64,000 bases of DNA from Rotaria socialis. Taxonomy: Eukaryota. Shown here piece after piece: positions 25,088 through 38,500 of this stretch; position 1 is the stretch's first letter; each line of letters begins with the position of its first letter. The notes beneath the pieces were generated by a model. The model was not told the origin of the DNA, did no database searches, and was given only the letters and a program-made list of their open reading frames with translations. The DNA lies in NCBI GenBank assembly GCA_905331295.1, contig CAJNYD010000459.1, forward strand, positions 350,975 through 414,974, written 5' to 3'. The position numbers and the translations under genes were made by a program.

Positions 25088-28000
25088 ATGGCTTTTAAAA
25101 GATCTTTCAATACAACTTCAAAGAATCTTAAGTAAAATAATGAATCTACTAAACATAAAACAATATTTTCTCATTCAGAAATAATGAAACGAACAATTTA
25201 AAACTTGTCGATCTACTTGAGCGTTTTGAACAAGAACGAAATGGATGTGAGCAATTGGTTGAGCAATCAAAGCTAGTTGATCGATTTTTTTCCGATTCTG
25301 AAATGAATAATTTATCGATACTGGTTCAATTTTTTCAATTTCTTTTACATTCAATCCATAGATCAAGACAAAATGTTGCTAAACTTGTTATACGTTTACC
25401 TGGTTCAAAACTTTTAGATTTTTCTTATTCATATTTAAAACCGCATTCGTTGATTGACGAGAATCAAAAAAAATTATTAGAAAAATTTGTTCTTGTTTTA
25501 TCTCAAATTTTACAATTTTTACTTGAACTTCACCCACAGTGTTGGGAGCAAATAGATTCATTAGGTTTATTTGATCGACTTGACAAATGGAGCACAAAAA
25601 TTTCCGTTAGTTTCATTTTTCTTCTTCAAAAGTGTATATTAGATAATATATTTGCTTTCCCTAGGACGAAGATGTACAATTAGAAGTTAGTAAACTAATC
25701 TCTCGCAAAGATGAATTACTCAATGAACATACCAGTAAAATAAAGAAACCTAAATCTGAAATTGAAATTAAAACAGAACCAGACGACCCACCACCAGATG
25801 ATTTTCATCAAGTATATCGTATCTTATTTTTCATCTTGATTTAAAACTTAATTGTAAATTTTAGCTTTCAATTTACCCTACATTAGATGAAATTTTTCAA
25901 CAACAAACTCCCTATTTACGAAAGAACATTACAACTGGTCAATATAAAAATGGCACACATTATTTGGATGTAATTTAACTGTTATAATTTAACACGAATA
26001 TTTTATTTCTTTTTTTTTGTTTTTAAGATTCATTTTCGTCTTCTTCGTGAAGATTTTCTTTGGCCATTACGTGAAGCTATATGCCAATATATGAGCGAAG
26101 ATAATCGAGATATATCATTTCGAAATAGTAATGTTCGTTTATACAGAAATACTATATTAACAGGTTCAATATGTTCACAAGCGGGAATACTATTTTCATT
26201 ATTGATTGATGTCAGCATGCTGCCTAAATCGATTAGTTGGGCTAACACAAGACGTTTAATTTATGGAAACTTATTAGCTGCAACATTTGATGATTTTGAT
26301 AGTAGCTGTTTTCTATTAACGGTTGAAGATCGTTCAAATATTGACAAGAATGGAACAATAAACGTTCGAGTAAATCTCATTTTTCTGTGTTAAAGAAAAA
26401 CAAATTATGAATTAGAAACTATAGACAACTGTTTAATATTCATCGACTTCATACTATAGTTGCGATTAACTATCAGTAGACTTGATAGTTTCATTGTTAC
26501 TCAATATCTCTACTAACGAGCAAAGTTTCAGATCAAAGCTCTTTACTTTAGATTTTTTGAAAGAAAATCTTTTCGAATTCTTGTAAGCATTTCTTATATT
26601 TATGTAGAAATCTATTAGTAGTCGATAGTATAAAATCGAATGGCATTCCATAGTTGTTGAATATGTTTCTTTCTGAGATGAAAAATTTTCTTTTTTTTTT
26701 CTTTTTTTTTAGTGTCAAAAAGCGCTATGTGATTATCAATTAATGAAGATATCACCAGGAACACGTTTTACATTATTAGAAACGACATCATACTTTGAGG
26801 CTTATCGACCAATTTTGCAAGCATTACAAAATATAAAAGATGATCAGATACCCCTTGAAAAATATTTACTTCAATGTGACACAAATGTACCCATACCACA
26901 GTATTTTGAAAAAAAATCAGATATCGATTTTCGACCTATACTAGTGAAAACTTCTGGAGAATATAGTGAATTCGATGGTACTTTAAGCGATATTAAAGAG
27001 TTATCAACATGGCCAAATGCGCAACAACTCGGCCTTGATCAAAGTCAATATACAGCATTACAATTAGCTTTAACAAAATCGGTAGCCCTCATTCAAGGTA
27101 TTGTTCGCATAGATCTTTTTCAAGTAACATTAACATCATTCGTCAAGAAAAAGATCTTCAATATCATTCAGTCAATATTTTTAGCTAAGGAAAATTCATC
27201 CATTGACATAGAATTTATTAATCTTTAAGAGCCTATATCATGTAATTGCTCTTTAGAAGACTTACACAAAAAAAATTCTATTTCTAAACTGAATAGTGTC
27301 AAACGAGAAAAATACTATGTATCGATTTTGCTAACCATATAGTGGATAGACATGTGTGGAAGAGGATCGCTCACAAAGAAAAGCAATTGTCTATTGCATT
27401 CGTCAGCTTCTATGTTTATCGTATGCTTATCTTATTATTTTATTACTTAAAAAAAAGTAGAACTCATTGTATGATTGATCATTAAAAATAAAAATCTAGT
27501 GAAAATTTTCGTTAAATTATTATAGGTCCACCAGGATGTGGAAAAACTTTTCTTGGTGTTCGATTAGCTGAATTATTTTATCGAAATCGGGAGCGAATAT
27601 CTGGTTGTGAACGACCGATTTTGATGATTTGTTATACAAATCATGCATTAGATCAATTTTTATCATCAATTATTCAAAAACTTTCTCTTACACCTGGTCA
27701 AATCGTACGAGTTGGTGGTCGTAGTTCACATCCTCAAATCGAACCATTTTTAATTCAAAAGCTACGTCAAAAAAAGCCAGATGCTCGTTCAAAAAATGAA
27801 TTATTGGCAACTAAATACGATATACTAGCTACCATAAAAAGACAAATTAATGATTGCAATTTGAAATACTATCGATGTTGTCAACAACTACTTGACATTG
27901 ATCAACTCTTATGTGTTATGGATCGAAGTCAATTTTTAACATTATTAGATCCAATTCTATCAGAGTTGGATATTTATCAATGGCATTGGAATACCAGCAA

Positions 28001-31000
28001 AGGCGGACTATATTGCTGTGGATCATCAAAATCAAAAGCAAGCGATAGTGATGATTCCGATGATAGTCAATCTGAAAATGAAAGTATCGCTGAACCTTTG
28101 TCGCCTTATGAAATTAATCAACGAATGAAAAATCGAATTAATTGTCATAAATTAAATAATTTATCAGATGATGATCAAAAACTAATTAAAGAACTTTTTA
28201 TTAAATGGTTAGATGCAACGCCATTACAAATAATTAAGCACGAAATGAACATAGCAAATGAAGGTATAATTTATGATTTAGAATGACGATTGCTCGTTCA
28301 AGCATTTTAAAGATGGATATCTAAATAACGTATATAATTAAACCATGTTAAATTTTATAAGACATTTCTTTAGTTTGAGAGTTTAAACTTGTAAAAGAGT
28401 GAGTTGGTTGCCATTGTTTTTTTTTTCAGACAGACATCACCACTATATTATCTAGTTTCGATCTTGAGAACTACTTCAATGGTTTCTTAGAGAAGCTGCT
28501 TTTGAGTAGTTATTAAAAGAAGAAATTTAAAGATTATATTAATTCTTTACAGAAAGATTTATTTGAGAAAGCGATCATTTCATCGAGATTTCAATTATAG
28601 ATTCGAGTGTTTCTATTCTGAATTATTGATAATTCTAAAAAGAAAATCGGCTCATAGAACTGATAATTGTTCCGGATCTAGTTTTTATGAATCTTATTGA
28701 AAGCATGCTTATCTGCTCTTATTAAAATAATAAAGCAATATATTTTGAAGAACTTTCAATATTATTTATTTTCTTTCCTCATTCTATGAGGAATCGCAGG
28801 ACAATTGTTTCTAATGGCAGTTTCTCATGAGTGTGTCTTGTGAAAACTGATAATCGAAAACGATGAAATAGTTGCAATATAATTAGGAAAAGAAAAATCT
28901 TCAAGCGTTGGATGAGTGATTAAAATTTATTTATTTTATTTAATAATTTCTAACTCGGTTCAATTGATTAAACTGGAATATATATTCTTAATCAGGAAGT
29001 ACCCGAAAAAGAATCTTTGCTAGCATATTTCAATTTTTTTTGAAGCTCATAATCAAAGCGAACGTATTCTTTTCTAATCCATACTACTTTTAATAGATGA
29101 TGATGGTCAAAATGAATTTCAAGAACAACGGAAAAGAAAGAAAAATAAAAATAAAGACAAAGCAGCAGCACTTCTAAAAGGTATATTTGAGTTTATTAAG
29201 TTAAAAAATAACTGATCGATTGCTATTTTTTAGAAGTGCTAAATGATCCGATTCTAACAACAAAACCAACAAATAATACAGCCACTGCTGATGAAAATCC
29301 AGTGAATTTAGAAGAAAATGAAGAAGAAATGCGTCGATTAGAAAACATCGATAACTCATTTATACCATTTTCAATGTCGAATCAAATTGATGAGAAACAA
29401 TATCAAGAAATTGATACTCAACAACTCGAATATATGGAACGTTTATTAAATAATCGAGCAGCCATATTATCGGATGATATAGTCCTGAGTTTTAGAGATT
29501 TATGGGCAAAATCAATAAATAAAGAGCAACGGCAAGATCTGTATCGCTATTGGCTTTCGAAATATGTTCAACAACTTACAGGTTTAACAGGAATAATTTT
29601 CTTTATAAAATACGAATCAGAAAAATATCTAGCAGAAGTATCCATTTTTATTGCTGATTCTTTTAATCATTGCATATTCATACAATACAACATGGAGCAT
29701 AAGAAAAATAAGAAATTTTTTGTATGTAGCATTCATAGATTTCAGTCGTCAGAAATATATTTCTTTACACGAATACTGTCTCGTATTTTTTTTTTATAAA
29801 TTTCTATTTTTTTCCTAGAACAATGGTTTCGTTTAAATGAGCAATACGATGAAAATCATAAATCAATGCAAGAATTATGGCTAGCTAACGATCAATTATA
29901 CATGGACCAAGCATTTATGTAATGAAATTTAGTAAATCCTATTGTCTACTCTTTTGTTTACTTAAGAATTGCTATGACAACACATTGTGCCTCACGGTAT
30001 CAAAAAGTATTGAAGCAAATAGCTCCTCGCATTTGTATCGTAGAAGAAGCAGCTGAAGTAAATTTTAAAAAAACACTGCTTATCAATAAATTGAAAATAT
30101 TATTCCTTTTCAGGTATTTGAATCACATATTGTTACAGCAATTGGAGAACGAATTGAACATTTAATTCTTATTGGTGATCATGTACAACTTCGTCCATCG
30201 CCAAATGTTTATACATTAGCAAAACATTTCAATCTTGATGTATCCTTATTTGAACGATTAATTAAAAATCAAATGCCATCTGTTCAATTGTGTGTTCAAC
30301 ATCGTTCAATTCCAATTATTTCTAGTTTAACACATCATTTTTATGACATACCAATACTCAATCATGAATCAGTACTTAGTCGTTCGCCCATTATTGGGGT
30401 AGCTCATCCACTTTACTTTATTGCTCATAGAAATTTCGAAGAAAATGTTGCCGATGGCCAATCAAAAAGAAACTCCTATGAAAGTAATTATGTTTTACAA
30501 TTAGCTGATTATTTAATTCAGCAAGGATATGAAAAAAGAGATATAACTATTTTAACAACATACATGGGTCAACGGCAACAAATTCAAAAAGCAATGAACC
30601 AATTAAAACATCTTAAAGGCATTCATGTTACCGTGAGTAGTTCTATCAAATACGTATCGATATTGTAATTATTTAAGATTTTTAAAATTCTTATATATAT
30701 TTAGGTCGTCGATAATTTTCAAGGAGAAGAAAATCGAATTATTCTATTGAGTCTGGTAAGAAGCAATGCTGACCAACGTCTTGGATATATTGGTGTTGAT
30801 AATCGTATATGTGTTGCATTATCGCGTGCGCAAAATGGATTCTATGTTATAGGAAATTTTCATTTACTTGCTGAACATAGTGAAACATGGAAAATTATAA
30901 TAGATAAAATGAAACTACTAAAACTCATTGGATCAGGTTTGTATATTTTCTAAATTTCGAGAGCTATGGATTCAAATTTAAAGTTTCATCCAACAGTATG

Positions 31001-33314
31001 TGGCACCCTCTATATATTAGAGTGAGTGAACGATCTAGGTTTCAGCTATTTATTGACTAGTTTCTGAAAAAAGCCAGCGTAATGTTCCGTTTGTTTTCTT
31101 CTCAGTTCTCCATTTAGAGAGCTACGAGTTTACAATGAGATAGATCAAGATCCAAAAAAATAACAAAACTTCTACTTACACAGTTTCCCAATATCTTATA
31201 TTTAAAGATTGTCATCTGTAAATTTTAGGTCTTCCAATAAATTGTCCGAACCATCCTGATAATCAATCAATATGTACGCATCCAAATGATTTTCTTAAAC
31301 GACCTCTTGGTGGTTGTGGACTTCAATGTGAAGTTCGCCTTGAATGTGGTCACCAATGTCCATTGACGTGTCATAATACGTCACATAATAAAATAATTTG
31401 TCAAAAGGCTTGCTTAAAAAAATACGATGATTGTGAACATGTATGCCAACGAAAATGCCATTTAACAACTGCATGTTTACCCTGTGATGAAACAATTCAA
31501 ATGAAAATGCCTCATTGTGAACATATTAGTGATTTAGTATGTTTTATGCGTAAAAATAATCAACTTGAATGTGGTGTGCCTATGCCGTATACATGTCCTA
31601 GTGGACATCAAGTTCAAATACGATGTTGTGACTTAAGAAATCAACAATTAAAAGATCGTCTATGTACACATCCATGTCGCTTTACTCTCGTAAGAGATTT
31701 TATTCGTTTTTTTCTCGTTTATAATCAATTTGCATTACCGTTTAGGAATGTGGACATATTTGTAAAGGTACATGTTCGACATGTTTTCAAGGGCGATTTC
31801 ATCAACAATGTGATCAGCAAGAACTTATTGTTTATATATGTGGTCATAGTCGTCACCAGATTTGCCATGAAATCGGACCACCTTGTCAAGAAAAATACAT
31901 AAAACTTTGTGATCATCAAGATGAACCAACGGTACCTCGCTATCTTAATGGATGTCTTGTCTATGAATGTAATCGATACTGTCGGAACAAATGCAGACAT
32001 TTGCGTTGTACGCAACGATGTAAAATGGAATGTGATCGTAAGCCATGTCATGAAAAATGTGGACGACGCTTTGAATGCGAACATTATTGCAATGGAATTT
32101 GTGGAGAACCTTGTATTGATTGTTTACCTTGCCGTGTACATACTTTACCAAGAGAAATTCAAAAGGCAATTCATCAGAAAAATATTAGAAATGCTACTTT
32201 TGTTCAACTTGAATGTGGTCATCTCTTTGAAACAAAAATTCTTGATAAACTTGTTGACAATTTTGAAGAACAGTAAGTTTATTAAATAAATTCTTGTCTT
32301 AACTTAGTCGAATCATTTATTTTATTTTTTTCTCTTGCTAATTAAAGAACGTTTTTACCAAATGGCTTTATGTATATTGATTATCCTCGATGTCCTGAAT
32401 GCCAATGTCCATTGCTACGATGTAAACGTTATTCACGTCTTATAAAGAAAATTCACAATAAAATTGGCAGTGGCTGTATTTCTCGAAAAAGTCTTTCTGA
32501 TTCATTAACAAACAATGCTATGATCAAGTTACATCTGTTAATTGCATCGACTCAGTTGCCTGAGCACATAGAAAAAATTATACGAAAAAATCTTGACAAT
32601 GATCGTCAGAAGATATTTGGCACTTTATTCGTGCATGTTTTGAATCTTTTTAGTGAACTCGATGATAATGTCTCTGATGAACGTAGTAAAATGTTAACGG
32701 CTATGCATGAACATATTAAAAAGAATGATTCATTATTTCTTACTCGGCAACAATGGTCAGATATTGAATATGAATACAATCGATTGTTATTTATTAGTTC
32801 TATGAGAAAATTCGATCTGAAAGCATCTGACACGGAAACATTAAATGATATTCTTTTTGGACCGAATCCATTCAGTCAAATTGCACGCCAGACATGCCAA
32901 AGTTTATTGAATCCAGATAGTGAAGAGAGTGATAAATGGAAATCGATTCTTCCTGATGAAAAAACATGGGTTGATTTTGAACGAGATCAACTTATATGTG
33001 ATAGAAAAATGGCGATGTGTCCGCAAGGTAAAATGATTTATCGAAAAAGAATTAAAAGCACACGGTTTATATAAGACTAATAACAGAGATTCCTTTTCCG
33101 GCAGTGTTTGTGTCTCATAAGTCCATACGTATGTACAAAATCAATTCTTCTGATTTTCTTTTTTTTTATAGGAATGCATATCATTTGGAGAAAGAGCATC
33201 GATGAACAACAATCAAATTGTCCTGTATGTAGTATGGAAAAAGAATCTACAATCAGCATTGGCAGAGGTGCTAGAAGAGCAAATAATCCGCACGGTCGAT
33301 TTCTTCGACCATGA
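25088..33314 (+). CDS. ZNFX1: NFX1-type zinc finger-containing protein 1 (UPF1-like SF1 RNA helicase, NF-X1 zinc fingers, RING-like and RZ-like C-terminus), multi-exon
   Basis: HYLDVHFRLLREDF, RLIYGNL, YFEAYRPILQALQ, LIQ|GPPGCGKT (Walker A), CYTNHALDQFL, IVEEAAEV, LIGDHVQLRP, SLFERL, VDNFQGEE, RICVALSRA, repeated Cys/His NF-X1 fingers, FVQLECGHLFE...PRCPEC. Start ATG 25088, stop TGA 33314. Confidence 0.93.
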
Positions 33315-34664
33315 TCATAACTCATTGTGATACCAATTGAATATTAACAAGTTTAAATAGGTAATAAATAAAAACTTAACTTCTGCGTTTGAAATAAATA
33401 CATGTACTTCATCATGAAAATGTTCAATTATAATTTTTTTATTCTGATTTCATATTCATTCAATAATAAATATATATGTATCAATCAGCTACTGATGGAA
33501 AAATATACTTTTATATCCTGTTGTGTTAGTAATTTGAAAAAACGAAATAAGCTTTTATTCAAAAAAAACAATTATGAATAAGATTAGACTCAGCAGTAAA
33601 ACAAAAGTGAAAGTAATTTTATTAGAAGGCAGTGACTCTGTAAACTTATGTACTCAACCTGGTGGCTATATGCACATGCGTTTAGGTAGCGATTTCCAAT
33701 TTAATAATGAACAATGAATACAGAAAAAATTCTTTCGAATCATTATCAGATTTAATAAAACTTGAAGAAAAAAATATTTTACAACTAAAAATAAATTTTA
33801 AAGAAGAAAGAAAAGATTTAAAAAATTATAATCAAGATTTTCAATATAAATATCTTCAGTTAAGAATCGATGCAAGAAACAATTGTATTTCTAATAAATA
33901 GTTGGAAGACTAATGAATAGGCCAATGGTCGTCTGATATTCTGACAGATATACAACAATTGTGGATTTAGAATTATTTTGATTTCAAAATATATCAGCTG
34001 GATCTAATATTAGAAGAGCAACGTGAAGTTCTTCTTTTTTAGAATATTTTTCTGTTAGTGTCATTGTACTTTAATTATATAATATCATATTTCTTTACCG
34101 TTATTTGACGGTAATGAATTGAAAGTAGGGATCTGTATAGTCTCGATACCGGGATCAATATTTTGAAATTTGATTCCGGCAATTTATTTTTATCAAGTAT
34201 TGGGCTAGGCATTCTGATATCTATTACTTATTTTATGATCACAGATCTAAACAACAGTAATATCTTTTTAAAAGATTTCCATAAAATTTTCTTTATTTTG
34301 ATCTCAAGAATCGAGAGTTTGCAACAAATTCGCTTTTTTTTACTGTATAATTCAAACTATATTTGTCGTAGACTATTCTAAGGTTTACATTTGTACTACT
34401 TCAATCTTGAATCAGGGGAAGAGATTGTTATCTCAATAAAGAAATAAAAGCAGAGTTATAGTGTGGTCATGAATGTGTTTCTATAGAAGATTGCATTTTA
34501 TCGAAACTGATTTTTTAGTATTGAAGTGCGAATTTTGGGTTTCCATTGACGATTGTAGTACTTGTAACATCATTGTCTCAACATAGTTTAATAACATGAA
34601 TTTGAATTCAATATTTATCTAGACAACTATGAAGATTTGAATAAAACAAAATTTCCCTTATTCA

Positions 34665-35573
34665 CACTAGTCGACGATCTTGACTTTGATCTGTTCAGAT
34701 TCTTGCTTTTCTTGATTGTCAGACAAGATTCTTTTGTCATTCCTACTGTACAAGATTCTTGCCTGAAAAAACAGATCTTGACTTTCTGGCAAGATTCTTG
34801 GGTTCTTGCATTTTTTGCACGATTCTTGTTTCTTATTGTTCTAGTGTGATTCTGGTTTCCTTGTCCTTCTGGTATGATTCTTGCAATGCAAATGAATCTG
34901 ATTTATACAAGATTCATTTCGTTTCTATTATCTTTTTATTTCTACTTTCAAAAGAAAAATGCACAAAAAGTAAAAGATAGCTGTAATAAAATGTACAATC
35001 AGTTCATACCAGAAACATCATAAGAAGAGAAAACTGAACAAAGAAAAACTAGCAACAAAAATTTTTTTTTAAAATTTTCGACTTAAAAAAACGTTTACTA
35101 TAGTTCGTCGTCGTCTTCATCCGTATCATCATGTAAAACTAATGTTTCTTAAATTGTGGTCGAAGTGATTTGTTTCAATGCAATTATTCCTTAATGATTA
35201 CTTTCTTCATGTGTAATCGCCGTGGATACATGTCTTACTCAATTAGAAATGAGTATATAACGTTCACACGTCTATATGTATAAGTATACATGCACAAAGA
35301 TATCATGTGGTATTTTTGTTGAAGATTTGATAATAATTCTTGAAAAGAAAAGATAAATTTCAAAAAATCTTGAATATCTTGTCATTCTTACCTGATTCGT
35401 ATTGTTCAAATAAATCAGGCGGTTTTCTGTTTTTCTTGAATTACATGCAAGACATTTTTTTACTTCTCTTTCGAAAGGATTCTCGTCTGAATATTATGAT
35501 TAAAACGAAACCTGTCTGGCAATCAAGAAAAACAAGAAGCTGGACAGATCGAATCCAAGATCGTCGACTAGTG
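34665..35573. mobile_element. Non-autonomous CACTA/EnSpm element (909 bp)
   Basis: ~65-bp imperfect TIRs beginning CACTAGTCGACGATCTTG, subterminal CAAGATTCTTG repeats, 2-bp TSD CA. Confidence 0.85.
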
Positions 35574-38500
35574 CAGGATTGAACTAGTCTAAACATGTGT
35601 CTTAGATTGATCTACATCAAATATATAAATCTGATTCGAAACAATTTTCTGTATTTATTGTGTCTCAATAGACAACAAATAGATGTAAGTTACAGTTCGT
35701 TTTACGCCAACAATAATGGTATTTCAAAATTAATATTCAACTAGAAAATGCTCACATCCCGATAATTGCTTTGATTCGAAAGATTTTTCATTTGAGATAA
35801 AATTGTAACTCTACGCAAGCTTTTTTATGTTCGTGATCTGTGCAGACCTCAAGATTTGTTCATAGCGGAGAAGTTTGTTGCTCAAGATAAGCGTTTACCC
35901 CGGTCGAAGAAAACGATCAGTAGGGCGTGGATGTGGGTGTAAGGAAAGGCGGACACGGGGATGTACACACACGCACACAACATGGCAACTGTCGACGTGA
36001 GGAACGGCGAACATAGCTACGCATCTTCACACACACACACAAGCCAATTTATAAATTTTTGTATTTTATAAAAACTAAATATTTTTCTGACGGTGGCGTG
36101 AAAATATGAAAGTGGGTTTTTTTGCATTTATATTCGAAGTCAAATTAGGCAGCTACTCAAAGATTTCGTAAAATACTCTTCAGGTTTCATTTCAAAACGT
36201 GAGCATAAAGTAGAAACACTTGCAGAACTTCATTTCTTATATCATTAATTGTTTCACTGCTAATCATATTCCACATCGAACAAAATATTTCCAATAAACA
36301 GTAGTCATACCAAATCGAAAGGGTTGAAGTACTTAAGATTATCAAAAACAACGTNAGCTGATATATTTTGTACTAATCACCAAAATAGTCTCATTTTGCT
36401 TTGATAAAGTGAATGTAAATATTTTTGACTTTTTCTACTATCTTTGTAGGTTAGTTTTGTTGTTTTGTGTATTTATGTAATGTATATTGCTGTTTTGCTT
36501 TAAAATACTACTCTTAACATGAAAAATAGTTACTGAAAAATATATTAGTGAACATCAAGCAAGTACAACATCTCCTAAGAAATGTAGAAGAAAATCAGTT
36601 TTTAATTGGCTCTAAAGAGTCTAGTGGCCGAGGGGGGGGNTGGGGCCGAGCCCCCCCTAGCTTAAAATCCTGGTTACGCCGCTAACTGTAAGTTGTAGTC
36701 ACAATGAAAACTAGTCATGCACGTTTTCTGTTGAGGAGTCCAAGTAATCATATTCGTTTAAGCGAAGGAGTTAAACACAGTTACGAGAATATTTTGGGCG
36801 TTGAATTAGGACACAAGTGTTAAGTTACGGAGATAGATATAGAAAATGTAATAGATTAAGGTTAAAGGGTTAAGTTAGGGGATAGATTATTTTAAGGGAT
36901 TAAGGTAGATGATAGATTTATGCGTTCAAATCGTGCAAGCGCAGATCGAGTGCATTGTAACTGTGACGAAATTTCAGCTACGAAGCCAATTTGAATGTGA
37001 ATTTAAGATGGTTGGGTATGGAATCATACTTTTAGGAAACCTGAAAAGGGTTTCTATTTCGTTGCAGATCTGCGAATATTGATTAAGTTCCGTCTGAACC
37101 TTTTTCAGCGCAGATAACTTGTAGAACCTTGTTATAAATCCGACCTGATCCTGTCGGGTCCCTTTATTTTTATTACATGATCCGATACAATCCAGTCGGA
37201 TCCATGTGTCTTAGCTGATCGAATCCAACGAGATTCAGGGCTTGTTCCGATAGAATCCGATCGGATCTTAAAAGATCTGAAGAGCCAGCAAAGTCCAGTG
37301 GGATTCCGGGTTGAGGAATTACTGACGGGCCCAACGGAAAATTAATGTACAAGTCAAATTATTTTGTTGAATTAATAAATTGAAATCCTAATTATAAGAA
37401 AGTGGCTATGTGGAGATAGCGACTTTCTTATTAAAAAATGTGCGCATTTGCATGTAAAACGGGAAAGGCTCTCTGAAAATATTCTCGGAGGCTTGATCAA
37501 ATACTTTGTCATCAAAAACATTTTTTCTGGTTGTATCATTTTGCTTCAATCAATGAAATAGACAGAAATTTTCATGAATTAGTTTCTAATTCTTATTCTG
37601 CTAACAGAGGTTTTCTTCTCTCTGCAATTGTGTCTATGATCTAGTTTCTTTTTGATCATAATTGGTTCTCAGAGATGGCCGAACAGATCAAACCGGATTT
37701 TCTACTAAAGATAAAGCATAAAAAGCGATAAAAGTTATGCTCGAGGAAAAATATTCCCCAAGCAAGTACTCATAAAATGTTTGAAGGATCTTGAGAACCC
37801 ACTACATTCTCGACGCATTCATTGGTTAATCTGTTCGTTTGAAATTAATAATATTGTGTTTAAGTCGGTATAACCTTTGTACAAAATTAAAATTGAGCTA
37901 TAATAAAAATTCATCATTTTTTTTGTCCAGAAACGCTAGAAGAAGTTCTAGGTAAGAAATCAGCTATTAGTAATCGGAATCCTACAATGTTGAATTTGAG
38001 GGCCAAGAACAAACATGATCTATTTAATCTATAGAGAATATTGTCAAGTATTTGTCTTCAAAAGAAACCCTCTATTGTGTTACGGTATATTTATTTTGCC
38101 ATTTTCAAGAACTAGCTATATGCTCAAAACAAAGAAGACAACAAGCTAATGTTAGCTTTGTCCACATTTTTAAAATCGACAATTATATATAAATTTCTTG
38201 AAGATTCGAACCAAATAATAGAATAAATTATTACAAGTATACCCATAAAAAGAAAAAGATCCTCTATTCGTTTTTATCTCAACAGTATTATACGATGCAA
38301 TTATTTTACACTTTTATGACCATTATACTGCTTGCTTTATTGAAGTCTTCACTGATTTGATAGTTTCAAATGTATTGAATTATACACAACTGAATTCCTT
38401 ATCAGTTTTACTAGTTTCAATGATAAAAAAATGAAGTACTGTTGATCTCTAACTAATTATAGTACATATTGATATTTGATAAAATCCGAACCTTTTTTTT

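Noticed and set aside
31295..33325. Overlapping alternative-frame and antisense ORFs in the ZNFX1 zinc-finger region
   Set aside because: Shadows of real ZNFX1 exons; the frame changes are explained by GT-AG introns.
36620..37330. GC-rich hAT-like end and GATCC-rich repeats
   Set aside because: Probably transposon debris, but no partner TIR or TSD could be identified and the region contains an ambiguous base.
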